Of a stretch of DNA of 64,000 nt, positions 20,043 through 31,897 are shown piece after piece (the stretch's first letter is position 1; each line of letters opens with the position of its first letter). The stretch is from positions 9,175 through 73,174 of the forward strand of contig JAZQII010000090.1 in NCBI GenBank assembly GCA_045541035.1, in the 5' to 3' direction. The notes under the pieces are model-generated. The model had not been told where the DNA came from and did no database searches. It worked only from the letters and a program-made list of their open reading frames with translations. Both the position numbers and the translations under genes were made by a program. The stretch comes from Clostridia bacterium (lineage in GTDB: Bacteria; Bacillota; Clostridia; Christensenellales; QALW01).

Positions 20043-20720
20043 TTATTTTGCTTTAGGTATTCTTTTAAATAACTTCTGTATTGAGGGAACTAATGCAAGA
20101 ATATAGCAGGGGATTGCATCAATAAACACAAAGGAGTTATAGGCAAAACTGTAAAGTATGGGGTTGTAAGGCGCACCGTCTGCCCAGAACACGATTCCTG
20201 CGAAAACGTGGCATGCATAGCGCACAACGATGGCAAGAGTCATACCCGCTAAAATATCAACGTTTTTCTTTCCCGTCTTAAACACACCTGAAAGTGCGCT
20301 TATAGCAAGGAACGGGAAGATGTAGTCAAAGAAAAATTGGGGAATTGAAAGGAAATAACAATCTTGCATGCATTGAAGTATCGCGTAAGCAATACCTGCA
20401 ACCGTACCCCAGATAGGACCTGCCATATAGCCGTATAAAAGCATGGGAAGCATACTTGCCGCAGTAACTGAACCGCCGTTAGGCATATGCCATAATCTTA
20501 TGTATGATAAAACAAAAGAAAGGGCGATGCAAACTGCGCCGTAAGTAACCATTCGCGTATCCCATTTAAGACCGCCGGTCTTTTTGTTGATAAGCACGAA
20601 AACGACAACGATTATTGCGGTAATCAGAATGGTTGCAGTAAGAAGTATGGGATCAATTTCTGATAATTTTTCCCACATTTCTTGAAAATAGGAACTGAGT
20701 GACATTGTTTGAAGTGGCAT
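20043..20720 (-). CDS. thiT: Energy-coupled thiamine transporter S component
   Basis: ALSFVLSYIRLWHMPNGGSVT, QFFFDY, CHVFAGIVFW, YSFAYN; upstream TPP riboswitch. Confidence 0.9.
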   Translation of the reverse strand: MPLQTMSLSSYFQEMWEKLSEIDPILLTATILITAIIVVVFVLINKKTGGLKWDTRMVTYGAVCIALSFVLSYIRLWHMPNGGSVTAASMLPMLLYGYMAGPIWGTVAGIAYAILQCMQDCYFLSIPQFFFDYIFPFLAISALSGVFKTGKKNVDILAGMTLAIVVRYACHVFAGIVFWADGAPYNPILYSFAYNSFVFIDAIPCYILALVPSIQKLFKRIPKAK

Positions 20721-20739
20721 ATAAACACTTCCTTTCTGA

Positions 20740-20772
20740 AAAATTAAAACCGTATATCATAGGGATATACGG
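20740..20772 (-). terminator. Expression-platform terminator of the TPP riboswitch
   Basis: Minus strand CCGTATATC-cctat-GATATACGG followed by TTTTAATTTTT, between aptamer and thiT RBS. Confidence 0.7.
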
Positions 20773-20794
20773 CCGAAAATTTTTCAGTCAAAAT

Positions 20795-20878
20795 AAGCTT
20801 CCCTACGGTAGGATTATCTACACAGGTTTAATGGGTTTAGCTAAAAAGCAATCTCAGCCCCGAAGGACTCCCCAAGCC
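20795..20878 (-). ncRNA. TPP riboswitch aptamer
   Basis: Minus strand GGGGAGTCC..GGCTGAGA..ACCC..AACCTG..GATAAT..CGTAGGGAAGC matches the THI-box consensus, upstream of thiT. Confidence 0.92.
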
Positions 20879-20968
20879 GATATACAGTTTTGTTAAATTA
20901 TATCACAAATATGCTTGTTGTCAAGAAAAATTTATGATACAATATAAGGAAATAAAGAGGTGTAAATT

Positions 20969-21541
20969 ATGAGTAACTTTTTCGCTTTGATGGCAAGAAT
21001 GAAATATATCCGCCGGTGGGGACTTATGAAGTCCACAAGGGAGGAAAACATTCAGGAACATTCCCTGCAAACGGCAATGATAGCCCATATGCTTGCATTG
21101 ATAGGTAACAAAATCTATAATAAAAATTACGATGCAGATTCCATTGCGGTAAAAGCAATGTATCACGAGGCAAGCGAAATTATAACCGGTGATCTTCCAA
21201 CACCCATAAAGTATTATAATTCCGAAATAAAAAGCGCTTATAAGCAGATAGAAGCATATGCAACTGATGAAATATGCGCAATGCTTCCTGATGAATTTAA
21301 GGGCGATTTTACGCCCATTCTTAAAATTGAAGATGCTGAAGAAAAGAAGATTGTAAAATATGCTGATAGAATCTGTGCTTATTTAAAATGTGTTGAAGAG
21401 GTAAATGCGGGCAATTCTGAATTTGTTGATGCCAAAAATTCAATTAAAACGGATATTGACAAAATTGACGCGCCTGAAGTAAAATATTTCATGTTGAATT
21501 TTGTTGGCGGATTTGATCTTACGCTTGATAAATTGAGGTAA
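20969..21541 (+). CDS. yfbR: 5'-deoxynucleotidase, HD family (YfbR-like)
   Basis: RMKYIRRWGLM, ENIQEHS, YHEASEIITGDLPTPIKY, GNSEF. Confidence 0.85.
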   Translation: MSNFFALMARMKYIRRWGLMKSTREENIQEHSLQTAMIAHMLALIGNKIYNKNYDADSIAVKAMYHEASEIITGDLPTPIKYYNSEIKSAYKQIEAYATDEICAMLPDEFKGDFTPILKIEDAEEKKIVKYADRICAYLKCVEEVNAGNSEFVDAKNSIKTDIDKIDAPEVKYFMLNFVGGFDLTLDKLR

Positions 21542-21544
21542 TTT

Positions 21545-22330
21545 ATGAAAATAGGAATTTCTACTGCATCGATGTACGGCAAGATGTATACCGAAGAAGC
21601 ACTTGAGTTTTTTAGTAAAAATAACGTTGATTGCTGCGAAGTTTTTCTTGCTTCCTTTTCTGAATATACAGAAGAATTCGGTGAAAAATTGAAAAGCGTT
21701 AAAGGAAATGTTGACGTTCATTCTGTTCATACCCTTAACAGCCAATTTGAAGGTCAACTTTTTTCGCGCTCCGAAAGACAGTATAATGACGCTTTAAAAA
21801 TTTTCCGTTCTGCGTTAAGAGTGGGGGAAATGCTTGATGCAAAGATCTACGTTATGCACGGCCCCCAACAAATGAAATATACAAAGTACGTTACTAACTA
21901 TGAGTTTTTCGGAAAACGTACCGCAGAACTTGCAAGAATAGCAAAGGAATATAATATTCTTCTTACTTGGGAGAACGTTCATTGGGCACACTATAATCAC
22001 CCTGACTTTATGAAAAATCTTCTGCCTTACTGTGATGCGGAAATCGGTTGCACTCTTGATATAAAGCAGGCGGCGCAAAGCGATACGGTGGTTGATAAAT
22101 ATATTTTCGATATGCAGGGCAAAATCAAAAATATACATATTGTTGATTTTGATGAAGACGGCAGGCTTGTTCTGCCCACAACAGGTTTTTATGATTACGA
22201 AAGCCTTTTTAAGAAGATAGGTGATTATAACGAAACCGTTATGATTGAGGTTTATGATGGCTGTTATAAAGAACCTAAACAGCTTCTTGAAAGTTATAAT
22301 AAATTTAAAGCATTGTATGGAGGCAAATAA
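21545..22330 (+). CDS. Sugar phosphate isomerase/epimerase (AP-endonuclease-2 TIM barrel)
   Basis: VHSVH, WENV, TLDIKQA, NIHIVD, MIEVY motifs. Confidence 0.75.
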   Translation: MKIGISTASMYGKMYTEEALEFFSKNNVDCCEVFLASFSEYTEEFGEKLKSVKGNVDVHSVHTLNSQFEGQLFSRSERQYNDALKIFRSALRVGEMLDAKIYVMHGPQQMKYTKYVTNYEFFGKRTAELARIAKEYNILLTWENVHWAHYNHPDFMKNLLPYCDAEIGCTLDIKQAAQSDTVVDKYIFDMQGKIKNIHIVDFDEDGRLVLPTTGFYDYESLFKKIGDYNETVMIEVYDGCYKEPKQLLESYNKFKALYGGK

Positions 22331-22331
22331 A

Positions 22332-23390
22332 ATGGAATTCTTTCCCGACCTTTTAACATTCCAAAACGGTGAAAAGGTTACAAAGGAAACTTGGCCGAAA
22401 AGGCGCGAAGAAATGCTTGATATTCTTTGCCGTGAGGAGTATGGATATTCACCCAAAAAACCTGAAACAGTAAAGGGTGAGATTGTTGAAACGGTTGATA
22501 GAATTGCTTCAGGTCATGCTATTTTGGAAAAAATAAATATCTCTTTTGAAGCGGAAAAAGGTGAGTTTTCTTTTCCTATAAATTTCATTTACCCCAAAAA
22601 TAAAAAGAATGTGCCCACTTTTATTCTTATAAATTTCAGACCTGATGTTTACGATATGTATTATCCCCTTGAGGAAATCATTGATAACGGCTTTGCATTG
22701 GTGGTAGTTAATTATAAAGACGTTACAAGTGATGACACTGATTTCACTAACGGTATTGCCGCAATGTACTCAAGAAATAACCCTGATACCGATTGGGGCA
22801 AAATAGCAATGTGGGCATTTGCCGCAAGCCGAGTTCTTGATTATCTCGAAACGAGAGATGAAGTTGATAAAAATAATGTTTCGGTAATCGGCCATTCAAG
22901 ATTAGGTAAAACGGCACTTTGGTGTTCTGCTCAAGATGAACGTTTTAAGTTTGCTTTTTCCAATAATTCAGGTTGTTCAGGTGCCGCTTACGAGCGCATT
23001 AAGCACGGGAACAGTGAAACTATTGAGGCTATAACGAGAGTGTTCCCTTATTGGTTCTGCGAAAACTTTAAAAAATATGTTGGCAGGGAAGATGAGCGTC
23101 CCTTTGATCAGCATTTTCTAATTGCTTTAACTTGTCCAAGATACGTAGGCGTAGGCTCTGCAAGCCTTGATTTCTGGGCAGATCAGTATTCAGAACAGTT
23201 ATCCTGCATCGGTGCATCGCCTGCATGGAAACTTTTTGAAAGAAAAGGTTTTGTTGGAAAAGATGAGCCTGCTGAAATCGGCGAACATTTTATGGAAGGC
23301 GATATTGCTTATCATCTTCGTGACGGAATCCATTTTTTAGGTCGTCAGGATTGGCTCAATTATATGGCATTTGTAAGAAGTAAAATGTAA
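22332..23390 (+). CDS. CE15-like glucuronoyl esterase / alpha-beta hydrolase
   Basis: WAFAASRVLDYL, GHSRLGKTALW, SGCSGAA, PFDQHFLIAL; start re-called at MEFFPD. Confidence 0.75.
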   Translation: MEFFPDLLTFQNGEKVTKETWPKRREEMLDILCREEYGYSPKKPETVKGEIVETVDRIASGHAILEKINISFEAEKGEFSFPINFIYPKNKKNVPTFILINFRPDVYDMYYPLEEIIDNGFALVVVNYKDVTSDDTDFTNGIAAMYSRNNPDTDWGKIAMWAFAASRVLDYLETRDEVDKNNVSVIGHSRLGKTALWCSAQDERFKFAFSNNSGCSGAAYERIKHGNSETIEAITRVFPYWFCENFKKYVGREDERPFDQHFLIALTCPRYVGVGSASLDFWADQYSEQLSCIGASPAWKLFERKGFVGKDEPAEIGEHFMEGDIAYHLRDGIHFLGRQDWLNYMAFVRSKM

Positions 23391-23417
23391 AAAAATAGCG
23401 GCTACAACGTAGCCGCT

Positions 23418-23608
23418 CAGAGCACTGACAAACCCCTGCAAACACAAACCCCTGCAAAAATTTTGCAGGGGTTTGTTTCCATCGTTGCGTTTCACTTGCA
23501 AAATGCGGTCATTTACGTCTGTGTAAACTCCCTTTTTTGCAAGTTCAGCGCCTTGGCTTGCAAGGGTTTCTCGAACTCTGACAGTCTGGTGACTTTGTCA
23601 GCAGACTG
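23418..23608 (+). mobile_element. ~190-bp terminator-associated MITE, copy 1 (flanks not duplicated)
   Basis: Ends CAGAGCACTGACAAA / TTTGTCAGCAGACTG; highly similar to 31898..32087 and 43777..43966; left flank hairpin AGCGGCTAC-aac-GTAGCCGCT, right flank a different hairpin. Confidence 0.85.
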
Positions 23609-23762
23609 AGACCTCTGAAAAAAATCAGAGGACATTTTTTATAAATTTCTTTGCTTTTTCGACCTGATTTTTTTCCTTTTGAAGCGAACTTGTGGTTTAA
23701 AAAAATACCGACCACAACATATGGCATATGACAAAAAAATATAAAGTTTTTACAAAAAACAG

Positions 23763-23791
23763 TTGACAAGTATTGACTTTTCTGTTAAACT
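23763..23791 (+). promoter_or_regulatory. Probable rpoBC promoter
   Basis: TTGACA-17-TAAACT with TG extension. Confidence 0.55.
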
Positions 23792-23938
23792 TGACAATTG
23801 TATAAAACTATAATATGGGGTAAATTGCGCACATTTTATGTGGGTAAGGGGATTTTATCCCCAAAATGCCCAAAACACGGGAGTTTTTGGCATTTGCAAA
23901 TTTACTTCGTTACCAATCAAGATTAGGAGAGTGAAAGT

Positions 23939-26900
23939 ATGCTTCATAAGGTATTGAACGCAGCAGAAACCGCTAAGGAAGACAGATTATCCTTTGCAGA
24001 AATCGATGCGGCTTTAGAGATGCCCGATCTGATTGAGATCCAGAAAAATTCCTACAACAAATTTGTTAAGGAAGATCTTGGTCCTATCGTAAGGGATTTC
24101 TCACCCATCGACGATTTTTCAGGTGCAATGAGTCTGGAATTCCTGGACTGCTACATAGAGAATGCACCTAAGTACTCCATTGAGGAGTGCAAGGACAGAG
24201 ACGTTACTTACGCCGCACCTATGCGCGTAAAGGTTCGTCTTACACTTAAAAATGATGACGGAACTGTTCGAGAGATTCTTGAACAGGATGTTTTCATGGG
24301 TGATTTCCCGCTTATGACGCCTACGGGTACCTTTATCATAAACGGCGCTGAACGTGTTGTTGCTTCTCAGCTCGTGCGTTCACCCGGCTGTTATTTTGCT
24401 GATGATAAGGCAGCCGGCAAATTCCAATTCGGCGCAACCCTTATACCCAACCGCGGTGCATGGATGGAATTTGAAATTGATAATGCAAACGTATTTTCAG
24501 TTAAAGTTGACAGAAGCCGTAAGGTTTCTATCACTGCACTTCTTCGTGCATTAGGTTTCTCAAGCGATGAACAGTTAATTGAACTTTTAGGCGAAAGCGA
24601 AGTTTTAAAGGCTACTATCGAGCATGACCACCAGAGCAACATTTTCAACGAACTTGACGGTCTTACCGAGATGTACAAGCGTATCCGTCCCGGTGAAAAT
24701 GCTGAAGAAAAGATCATGCGTGACAGACTTACTTCCAGCTTCTTTGAGAGCCGTCATTACGATCTTGCACGCGTTGGACGTTATAAGTTCAATAAGAAAC
24801 TTGCTCTTGCTTCAAGAATCGAAGGTCACGTTGCCGCAGAAGACGTTATTTCTCCTGACGGTGAAGTGCTTGTTGAAAAAGGTCAGGTTATTTCAACAGA
24901 AAAAGCATATGAAATTCAGAATGCAGGCGTTATGCTTGTAAATCTTAATATCACTCTTAAAAACGAGTCAGGCGAGGAGACTGTAAAGACCGTTCGCGTT
25001 ATGTCCAACGGCTTTATCGATCCTAAAGCATATCTTAACTTTGATCCCAAAGAAGTTGGAATCAAGGAGTACGTTCATTACGATTCTTTGATGAAGATCC
25101 TTTCCGAATGCTCAACGGACGAGCAGATCAAAGCACGTCTTGTTGCCGATATGGAAGATCTTTCACCTGAACATCTTTATATGTCAGATATCGTTGCAAG
25201 CATCAACTATATCATCACTCTTTGTGAAGGTCATGGCGATCTTGATGATATCGACCACCTTGGCAACCGTCGTGTTCGCTGCGTAGGTGAACTTTTACAG
25301 AACCAGCTTCGCGTTGGTCTTTCAAGAATGGAACGTGTTATCCGCGAAAGAATGACAAGTCAGTCCATTGACAGCGTTTCACCTGCATCACTTATAAATA
25401 TCCGTCCCGTATCTGCAGTTATCCGCGAGTTCTTCGGTTCATCACAGCTTTCACAGTTCATGGATCAGAACAACCCCCTTGCAGAACTTACCCATAAGCG
25501 CCGTCTTTCAGCGTTGGGTCCCGGCGGTCTTAACCGTGACCGTCCTTCATTTGAGGTTCGTGACGTTCACCATTCACACTACGGAAGAATGTGCCCCATC
25601 GAAACTCCTGAAGGTAAGAACATCGGTCTTATCGGTTCACTTGCAACTTATGCACGTATTAACGAATACGGCTTTATGGAATCACCCTACCGCAAGGTAG
25701 ATAAGGAAAACGGTGTGGTAACAAACGAAGTTGTTTATCTTGCCGCTGATGATGAGGACCGTTATATTATCGCTCAGGCAAACGAGCCTATCGATGAAAA
25801 CGGACGTTTTGTAAACGAAGTTGTTTCAGCACGTAGTAAAGAAGATTTCTTACGTGTTTCCGTTCACGAAGTTGATTATATCGACGTTTCACCCAAACAG
25901 GTAGTATCAGTTGCAACTGCAATGATCCCCTTCCTTGAAAACGATGACGCTTCCCGTGCTCTGATGGGTGCAAACATGCAGCGTCAGGCAGTTCCGCTTT
26001 TAAGAACCGAGGCACCTATCGTTGGTACCGGTATCGAATATAAAGCAGCACGCGACAGCGGTGTTTCTGTTCTTTCTCAGGGCCCCGGTGTTGTTGAATA
26101 CGTTGATGCAGATAAGATTATCGTTAAGCATGATAACGGTGAAACGATTACCTATGAATTGTTAAAATACCGCCGTTCCAACCAGGGAACCTGCATCAAT
26201 CAGGTGCCCATCGTTGAAAAAGGTCAGCGCGTTGAATATAAGACCACTCTTGCAGACGGTCCTTCAACAAGTCAGGGCGAACTTTCATTGGGCAGAAATA
26301 TCGTTATTGCCTTCATGCCCTGGAACGGTTATAACTACGAAGACGCTATGCTCATTTCAGAGCGTCTTGCCCGTGATGATATCTTCACCACCATTCATAT
26401 TGAGGAGTACGAGTGCGAAGCACGTGATACCAAACTCGGTCCTGAAGAGATCACCCACGATATTCCCAACGTAGGCGAGGATATGCGCAGAAATCTTGAT
26501 GAGGAAGGTATTATCCGCATCGGTGCTGAAGTTCATTCAGGCGATATTCTTGTTGGTAAGGTTACACCTAAGGGTGAAACTGACGTTACTGCTGAAGAAA
26601 AACTTCTTCATGCAATTTTCTCAAACAACGCAAAAGAAGTTCGTGATACTTCACTTCGTGCACCTCACGGTGAAGGCGGCGTTGTTGTTGATATTAAGAT
26701 CTTTACCCGTGAGAATAAAGATGAACTTTCTCCCGGCGTAAACAAAATGGTTCGTGTATATCTTGCGCAGAAGCGTAAGATCCATGCCGGCGATAAGATG
26801 GCAGGCCGTCACGGAAACAAGGGTGTTATTTCCCGTGTTCTTCCCGAAGAGGATATGCCCTTTATGCCCGACGGCACACCCGTTCAGATCTGCCTTAACC

Positions 26901-28195
26901 CCTTGGGCGTTCCTTCACGTATGAACGTTGGTCAGGTTCTTGAAGTTCACTTGGGTATTGCCGCAAAGAAATTAGGCATTAAGATCGCAACTCCCGTTTT
27001 CGACGGTGCACACGAAGCAGATATTGAAAAACTTTCCCTTGCTTCAAAACTTTTAGAGAAGATCGATACTCTTCTTACCTTTGCAGTACGTTTGCGCTCA
27101 ACAGAGGAAATTCCCGTTGTTGACGGTGCATTAGGTCATACTGCAGGTCAGCTTCTTGAAATGGGTAAAGTACTCCGCGGCAAAGATCAGCCTGATTATG
27201 ACGGCGGTAAGATCGACGTTGAAGCCTACGATAAGGAGTTCCTTGAAATCAAGGATCTTGCTTATGATAACGAGGTTGAAGATAAGTTCGCTCTTGCAGA
27301 CCGTATCGTTGCTCTTGCTGATAAGTATTTTGTTGCAACCGCCAAGATTTTAGGCGATATGGCACCTTTATTCGGTCTTGAAAAGATTGAAAACAAGAAT
27401 AAGAAAGAAGAAACTGCACAGCAGGAACTTTGTGAATATGCAGGCAACATCTTTACCGGTAAGACCATTCTTTACGACGGACGTACCGGCGAACCCTTCG
27501 ATAACCCCGTTACCGTTGGTTGTATGTATATGATCAAACTTATTCACATGGTTGACGATAAGATCCACGCCCGTTCAACAGGTCCTTACTCACTTGTTAC
27601 CCAGCAGCCCCTCGGCGGTAAAGCCCAGTTCGGCGGTCAGCGTTTCGGTGAAATGGAAGTTTGGGCTCTTGAAGCTTACGGTGCAGCACATACACTTCAG
27701 GAAATTCTTACAATCAAGTCCGATGACGTTGTTGGCCGTGTTAAGGCTTATGAGGCTATCGTTAAGGGACAGAACGTTCCTGAACCCGGTATCCCCGAAT
27801 CCTTCAAGGTTCTTTTAGAAGAACTCCGTTCACTTGCTCTTGACGTTAAGATTCTTACGGAAGAACATAAGGAAGTTGAGATGCGCGAGCTTCTTGACGA
27901 TGACAGAGACGTTGTTGAATACGTTGACGAAAAGGAAAGAAATGCTCCCGTCGGCGATCTCCTTGCAATGCTCGGTGATCTTGATGATGAAGATCTTGAC
28001 GATCTTGACGACGATGAAGATTTTGACGAACTCGGCGATCTTGACGATGAAGACGGAATTGATATTCTTGACGGCATCGAAGAAGATGAAGAAGATATGT
28101 TCGAGGATGAGGAAATGTCTTTAGATGATGAACTCGATCTCTTTGGTGATGATGAAGAAGATGAGTTTGATGAAGACGACGAGGCTGAGGAATAA
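23939..28195 (+). CDS. rpoB: DNA-directed RNA polymerase beta subunit
   Basis: [46 protein letters not shown]; lineage insertion and acidic tail. Confidence 0.99.
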   Translation: MLHKVLNAAETAKEDRLSFAEIDAALEMPDLIEIQKNSYNKFVKEDLGPIVRDFSPIDDFSGAMSLEFLDCYIENAPKYSIEECKDRDVTYAAPMRVKVRLTLKNDDGTVREILEQDVFMGDFPLMTPTGTFIINGAERVVASQLVRSPGCYFADDKAAGKFQFGATLIPNRGAWMEFEIDNANVFSVKVDRSRKVSITALLRALGFSSDEQLIELLGESEVLKATIEHDHQSNIFNELDGLTEMYKRIRPGENAEEKIMRDRLTSSFFESRHYDLARVGRYKFNKKLALASRIEGHVAAEDVISPDGEVLVEKGQVISTEKAYEIQNAGVMLVNLNITLKNESGEETVKTVRVMSNGFIDPKAYLNFDPKEVGIKEYVHYDSLMKILSECSTDEQIKARLVADMEDLSPEHLYMSDIVASINYIITLCEGHGDLDDIDHLGNRRVRCVGELLQNQLRVGLSRMERVIRERMTSQSIDSVSPASLINIRPVSAVIREFFGSSQLSQFMDQNNPLAELTHKRRLSALGPGGLNRDRPSFEVRDVHHSHYGRMCPIETPEGKNIGLIGSLATYARINEYGFMESPYRKVDKENGVVTNEVVYLAADDEDRYIIAQANEPIDENGRFVNEVVSARSKEDFLRVSVHEVDYIDVSPKQVVSVATAMIPFLENDDASRALMGANMQRQAVPLLRTEAPIVGTGIEYKAARDSGVSVLSQGPGVVEYVDADKIIVKHDNGETITYELLKYRRSNQGTCINQVPIVEKGQRVEYKTTLADGPSTSQGELSLGRNIVIAFMPWNGYNYEDAMLISERLARDDIFTTIHIEEYECEARDTKLGPEEITHDIPNVGEDMRRNLDEEGIIRIGAEVHSGDILVGKVTPKGETDVTAEEKLLHAIFSNNAKEVRDTSLRAPHGEGGVVVDIKIFTRENKDELSPGVNKMVRVYLAQKRKIHAGDKMAGRHGNKGVISRVLPEEDMPFMPDGTPVQICLNPLGVPSRMNVGQVLEVHLGIAAKKLGIKIATPVFDGAHEADIEKLSLASKLLEKIDTLLTFAVRLRSTEEIPVVDGALGHTAGQLLEMGKVLRGKDQPDYDGGKIDVEAYDKEFLEIKDLAYDNEVEDKFALADRIVALADKYFVATAKILGDMAPLFGLEKIENKNKKEETAQQELCEYAGNIFTGKTILYDGRTGEPFDNPVTVGCMYMIKLIHMVDDKIHARSTGPYSLVTQQPLGGKAQFGGQRFGEMEVWALEAYGAAHTLQEILTIKSDDVVGRVKAYEAIVKGQNVPEPGIPESFKVLLEELRSLALDVKILTEEHKEVEMRELLDDDRDVVEYVDEKERNAPVGDLLAMLGDLDDEDLDDLDDDEDFDELGDLDDEDGIDILDGIEEDEEDMFEDEEMSLDDELDLFGDDEEDEFDEDDEAEE

Positions 28196-28252
28196 TCAGC
28201 ACACCCAACTTTAAGAAAAAAGTTGACAATTTGATGAGAGGAAGATGAAGCC

Positions 28253-31200
28253 TTGTTTGAACTTAACAATTTTGATTCAATACAAATAGGTCTTGCACCG
28301 GCAGAGAAAATTCTTGAATGGTCTTACGGCGAAGTTACAAAGCCTGAAACCATCAATTACCGTACACTTAAACCTGAGCGCGAAGGTCTTTTCTGTGAAA
28401 AGATCTTCGGCCCAACAAAGGACTGGGAGTGTTCCTGCGGTAAGTATAAGAAAGGCGCAAGATATAAAGGTCTTGTGTGCGACCGTTGCGGTGTTGAAGT
28501 TACACGTGCAAAGGTTCGCCGCGAGCGTATGGGACATATCTGTCTTGCAGCACCCGTATCACACATCTGGTATTTTAAAGGCATTCCTTCAAGAATGAGC
28601 CTTTTATTGAACGTTTCACCTAAAGATCTTGAAAAGGTTCTTTACTTTGCAGCGTTTATCGTTCTTGATGAAGGTGCAACAGAATATCAGGTAAAAGACG
28701 TTATTTCCGATGCAGACTATCGTGAAGTAATGGATAGAGAAATAAATATCGGCTCATTCCGCGCAGGCATGGGCGCTGAAGCAGTTCGTGAATTGCTTCG
28801 CTCCATTGACCTTGACAAGGAAGCCGCTGAATTAAGAGAAGAATTAAGAACTACCAACTCAACACAGAAACGTGTTAAGGCTGTAAAACGCCTTGAGGTA
28901 GTTGAATCCTTCAGAAAATCAGGCAATAAGCCTGAATGGATGATCATGGACGTTGTTCCGGTTATTCCTCCGGAAATCCGTCCCATGGTTCAGCTTGACG
29001 GCGGAAGATTTGCTTCCAGCGATCTTAACGATCTTTACCGTCGAGTTATTAACCGTAACAACCGTCTTAAAAAACTTCTTGAACTTGGCGCACCTGATAT
29101 TATTATCAGAAACGAAAAGCGAATGCTTCAGGAAGCAGTTGACGCACTTATAGATAACGGCCGCCGCGGTCGTCCCGTTACGGGCCCCGGCAACCGTCCC
29201 CTTAAGTCATTATCCGATATGCTTCGCGGTAAGCAGGGCCGTTTCCGTCAGAACCTTCTTGGTAAGCGTGTTGACTATTCAGGCCGTTCAGTTATCGTTG
29301 TTGGTCCTGAACTTAAAATGCATCAGTGTGGTCTTCCCAAGGAAATGGCAATCGAACTTTTCAAACCCTTCGTAATGAAGCGTCTGGTTGAACTTAACCT
29401 TGCACAGAATATCCGCGGTGCAAAGCGTCTTATCGAAAGAGGAACTGCTGAAGTTTGGGACGTTTTAGAGGAAGTTATTAAGGGACATCCCGTTCTTCTT
29501 AACCGTGCACCTACACTTCACCGTCTTGGTATTCAGGCTTTCGAGCCCGTACTTGTTGACGGACGTGCAATTAAACTTCATCCCCTTGTATGTACCGCAT
29601 TTAACGCTGACTTCGACGGCGACCAGATGCCTTGCCACGTGCCCCTTTCAGTTGAGGCTCAGGCAGAAGCACGTTTCCTGATGCTTGCGGCAAACAACAT
29701 TCTTAAACCTGCTGACGGCAGACCCGTTGTTGTTCCCACTCAGGATATGATCATCGGTTCATACTATCTTACTATCGTAAATGACGATAATCCTATGCTT
29801 GACCGTACATTCTCATCACCTGAAGAAGCAGTTCTTGCTTATGAAATGGGCAAACTTCCCCTTCAGTCAATGACAAACGTTCGTATGTCAAAGACAGATG
29901 AGAACGGCAACGTTCGTTCAAAGATCATTCAGACCACCGTTGGTAAGATCATCTTTAACAAGGCTGTTCCTCAGAACATCGGTTTTGTTGACAGAACTGA
30001 TCCTGAACATGAATTTGATCTTGAAATCGGTTTCCTTATTGACAAGAAGACTTTGAACAAAGTTGTATATCAGTGCTACAGCGTTCACGGCGAGGCTATA
30101 ACTGCTGAAATGCTTGATGCTATCAAGGCTCAGGGCTTCCAGTACGCTACACGCGGCGCTATCACCGTTGGCGTTAAGGACGCAGTTATTCCCAAAACCA
30201 AGAAAGAAATTCTTGAAAAAGCCGATGCACAGGTTGCAAAGATCAACGATATGGCAAAACGCGGTTTCTATTCAGAAGAAGAAAGATATCGCGCAGTTAT
30301 CGATACTTGGCGTATCGCCAAGGACGACGTTACAGTTGAACTTATGAACGGTCTTGATAAGTTCAATCCCATCAACATGATGGCTGTATCAGGTGCTCGT
30401 GGTAACAAATCACAGATCACACAGCTTGCAGGTATGCGTGGCTTGATGGCTGATCCTTCAGGTAGAACCATCGAGATCCCCGTTAAGGCAAACTTCCGTG
30501 AAGGTCTTACCATTATTGACTTCTTCATGTCATCACACGGAACACGTAAAGGTCTTGCCGATACCGCTCTTCGTACTGCTGACTCCGGTTACCTTACAAG
30601 ACGTCTTGTTGACGTTTGTCAGGACGTTATTATCCGCGAAGAAGACTGTCATGCAATCAATTCTTCAATCAATACACCTAACGGCGTTTACGTTGAAGAT
30701 ATTATCCACGAAGGTTCAGTTATCGAAACTGTTACCGAGCGTATCAAGAACAGAACTCTTGCAGAAGATATTCTTGATGATGACGGCAACGTTGTATTTA
30801 CAGACGGAACTCTTGTTACCGATGAAATTGCCAACAAGATCACTGCTTCAAAAGAAAAAGGCGGCTTAGGCAAAACAAAGGTTATGATCCGTTCAATCTT
30901 CACTTGCCGTTGCGAGCACGGCGTTTGTGCTAAGTGCTACGGTGCTGACCTTTCAAATAACAAACCCGTTGCTATCGGTGAGGCTGTTGGTATCATTGCT
31001 GCACAGTCAATCGGTGAACCCGGTACACAGCTTACCATGAGAACATTCCACACCGGTGGTGTTGCAGGAACCGATATTACCCAAGGTCTTCCCCGTGTTG
31101 AAGAAATCTTCGAAGCACGTAAACCTAAGGGACTTGCAGTTCTTTCAGATATTTCAGGTAAGGTTGAAGTTTCAACCGTTCGCGGCAAAACCAGCGTAAG

Positions 31201-31861
31201 CATCATTGCTTCCGACGGTGAAGAAAAGAATTATCCCTTGCCTTACAATGCACACCTTGCAGTTGAAGAAGGCCAGCACGTTGAAGTTGGTCAGGAACTT
31301 ACAAAAGGTTCAGTAAACCCCCACGATATGCTTCGTATAAAGGGTGTTGTTCCTCTTCAGGACTACATGCTTAAAGAAGTTCAGACCGTTTATAAGGTTC
31401 AGGGTGTTGATATTGCCGATAAGCACATCGAACTTATCGTTCGTCAGATGCTTCGTAAAGTTCGTATTGAAGATGCAGGTGATACCGATCTTCTTCCCGG
31501 CGACGTTGTTGATATCTTTAAGGTTGAGCAGGTAAACGAGGAAACACGTCTTGCAGGCGGAATCCCCGCAACCAGCCGTAGAATCCTTCTTGGTATCACA
31601 AAGGCAGCCCTTGCAACAGAATCATTCCTTTCAGCCGCATCATTCCAGGAAACAACACGTGTTCTTACTGATGCCGCTATTAAAGGTAAGATCGATCCGC
31701 TTCTCGGTCTTAAGGAATGTGTATGTATCGGTAAACTTATTCCCGCAGGTACGGGCGTAAGAAGATACAAGGATATTGACGTTCAGGTTATCCGCAAAAA
31801 TGCAGAAGCCGAACTTGAAAATATCGAAGTTCCTGAAGTTCCCGTTCAGCAAGAAGCATAA
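28253..31861 (+). CDS. rpoC: DNA-directed RNA polymerase beta' subunit
   Basis: Zn-binding C-C motifs, [33 protein letters not shown]; TTG start. Confidence 0.99.
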   Translation: MFELNNFDSIQIGLAPAEKILEWSYGEVTKPETINYRTLKPEREGLFCEKIFGPTKDWECSCGKYKKGARYKGLVCDRCGVEVTRAKVRRERMGHICLAAPVSHIWYFKGIPSRMSLLLNVSPKDLEKVLYFAAFIVLDEGATEYQVKDVISDADYREVMDREINIGSFRAGMGAEAVRELLRSIDLDKEAAELREELRTTNSTQKRVKAVKRLEVVESFRKSGNKPEWMIMDVVPVIPPEIRPMVQLDGGRFASSDLNDLYRRVINRNNRLKKLLELGAPDIIIRNEKRMLQEAVDALIDNGRRGRPVTGPGNRPLKSLSDMLRGKQGRFRQNLLGKRVDYSGRSVIVVGPELKMHQCGLPKEMAIELFKPFVMKRLVELNLAQNIRGAKRLIERGTAEVWDVLEEVIKGHPVLLNRAPTLHRLGIQAFEPVLVDGRAIKLHPLVCTAFNADFDGDQMPCHVPLSVEAQAEARFLMLAANNILKPADGRPVVVPTQDMIIGSYYLTIVNDDNPMLDRTFSSPEEAVLAYEMGKLPLQSMTNVRMSKTDENGNVRSKIIQTTVGKIIFNKAVPQNIGFVDRTDPEHEFDLEIGFLIDKKTLNKVVYQCYSVHGEAITAEMLDAIKAQGFQYATRGAITVGVKDAVIPKTKKEILEKADAQVAKINDMAKRGFYSEEERYRAVIDTWRIAKDDVTVELMNGLDKFNPINMMAVSGARGNKSQITQLAGMRGLMADPSGRTIEIPVKANFREGLTIIDFFMSSHGTRKGLADTALRTADSGYLTRRLVDVCQDVIIREEDCHAINSSINTPNGVYVEDIIHEGSVIETVTERIKNRTLAEDILDDDGNVVFTDGTLVTDEIANKITASKEKGGLGKTKVMIRSIFTCRCEHGVCAKCYGADLSNNKPVAIGEAVGIIAAQSIGEPGTQLTMRTFHTGGVAGTDITQGLPRVEEIFEARKPKGLAVLSDISGKVEVSTVRGKTSVSIIASDGEEKNYPLPYNAHLAVEEGQHVEVGQELTKGSVNPHDMLRIKGVVPLQDYMLKEVQTVYKVQGVDIADKHIELIVRQMLRKVRIEDAGDTDLLPGDVVDIFKVEQVNEETRLAGGIPATSRRILLGITKAALATESFLSAASFQETTRVLTDAAIKGKIDPLLGLKECVCIGKLIPAGTGVRRYKDIDVQVIRKNAEAELENIEVPEVPVQQEA

Positions 31862-31897
31862 TAAATATAGAAAGTCAGCCTGAAATACGGCTGACTT

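Noticed and set aside
21815-22456. 213-aa minus-strand ORF and the many other short overlapping ORFs in the track
   Set aside because: They overlap well-supported genes antisense or out of frame, with no RBS or recognisable motifs
27748-28269. Ser-rich and His/Arg-rich minus-strand ORFs
   Set aside because: Antisense shadows of the Asp/Glu-rich rpoB tail
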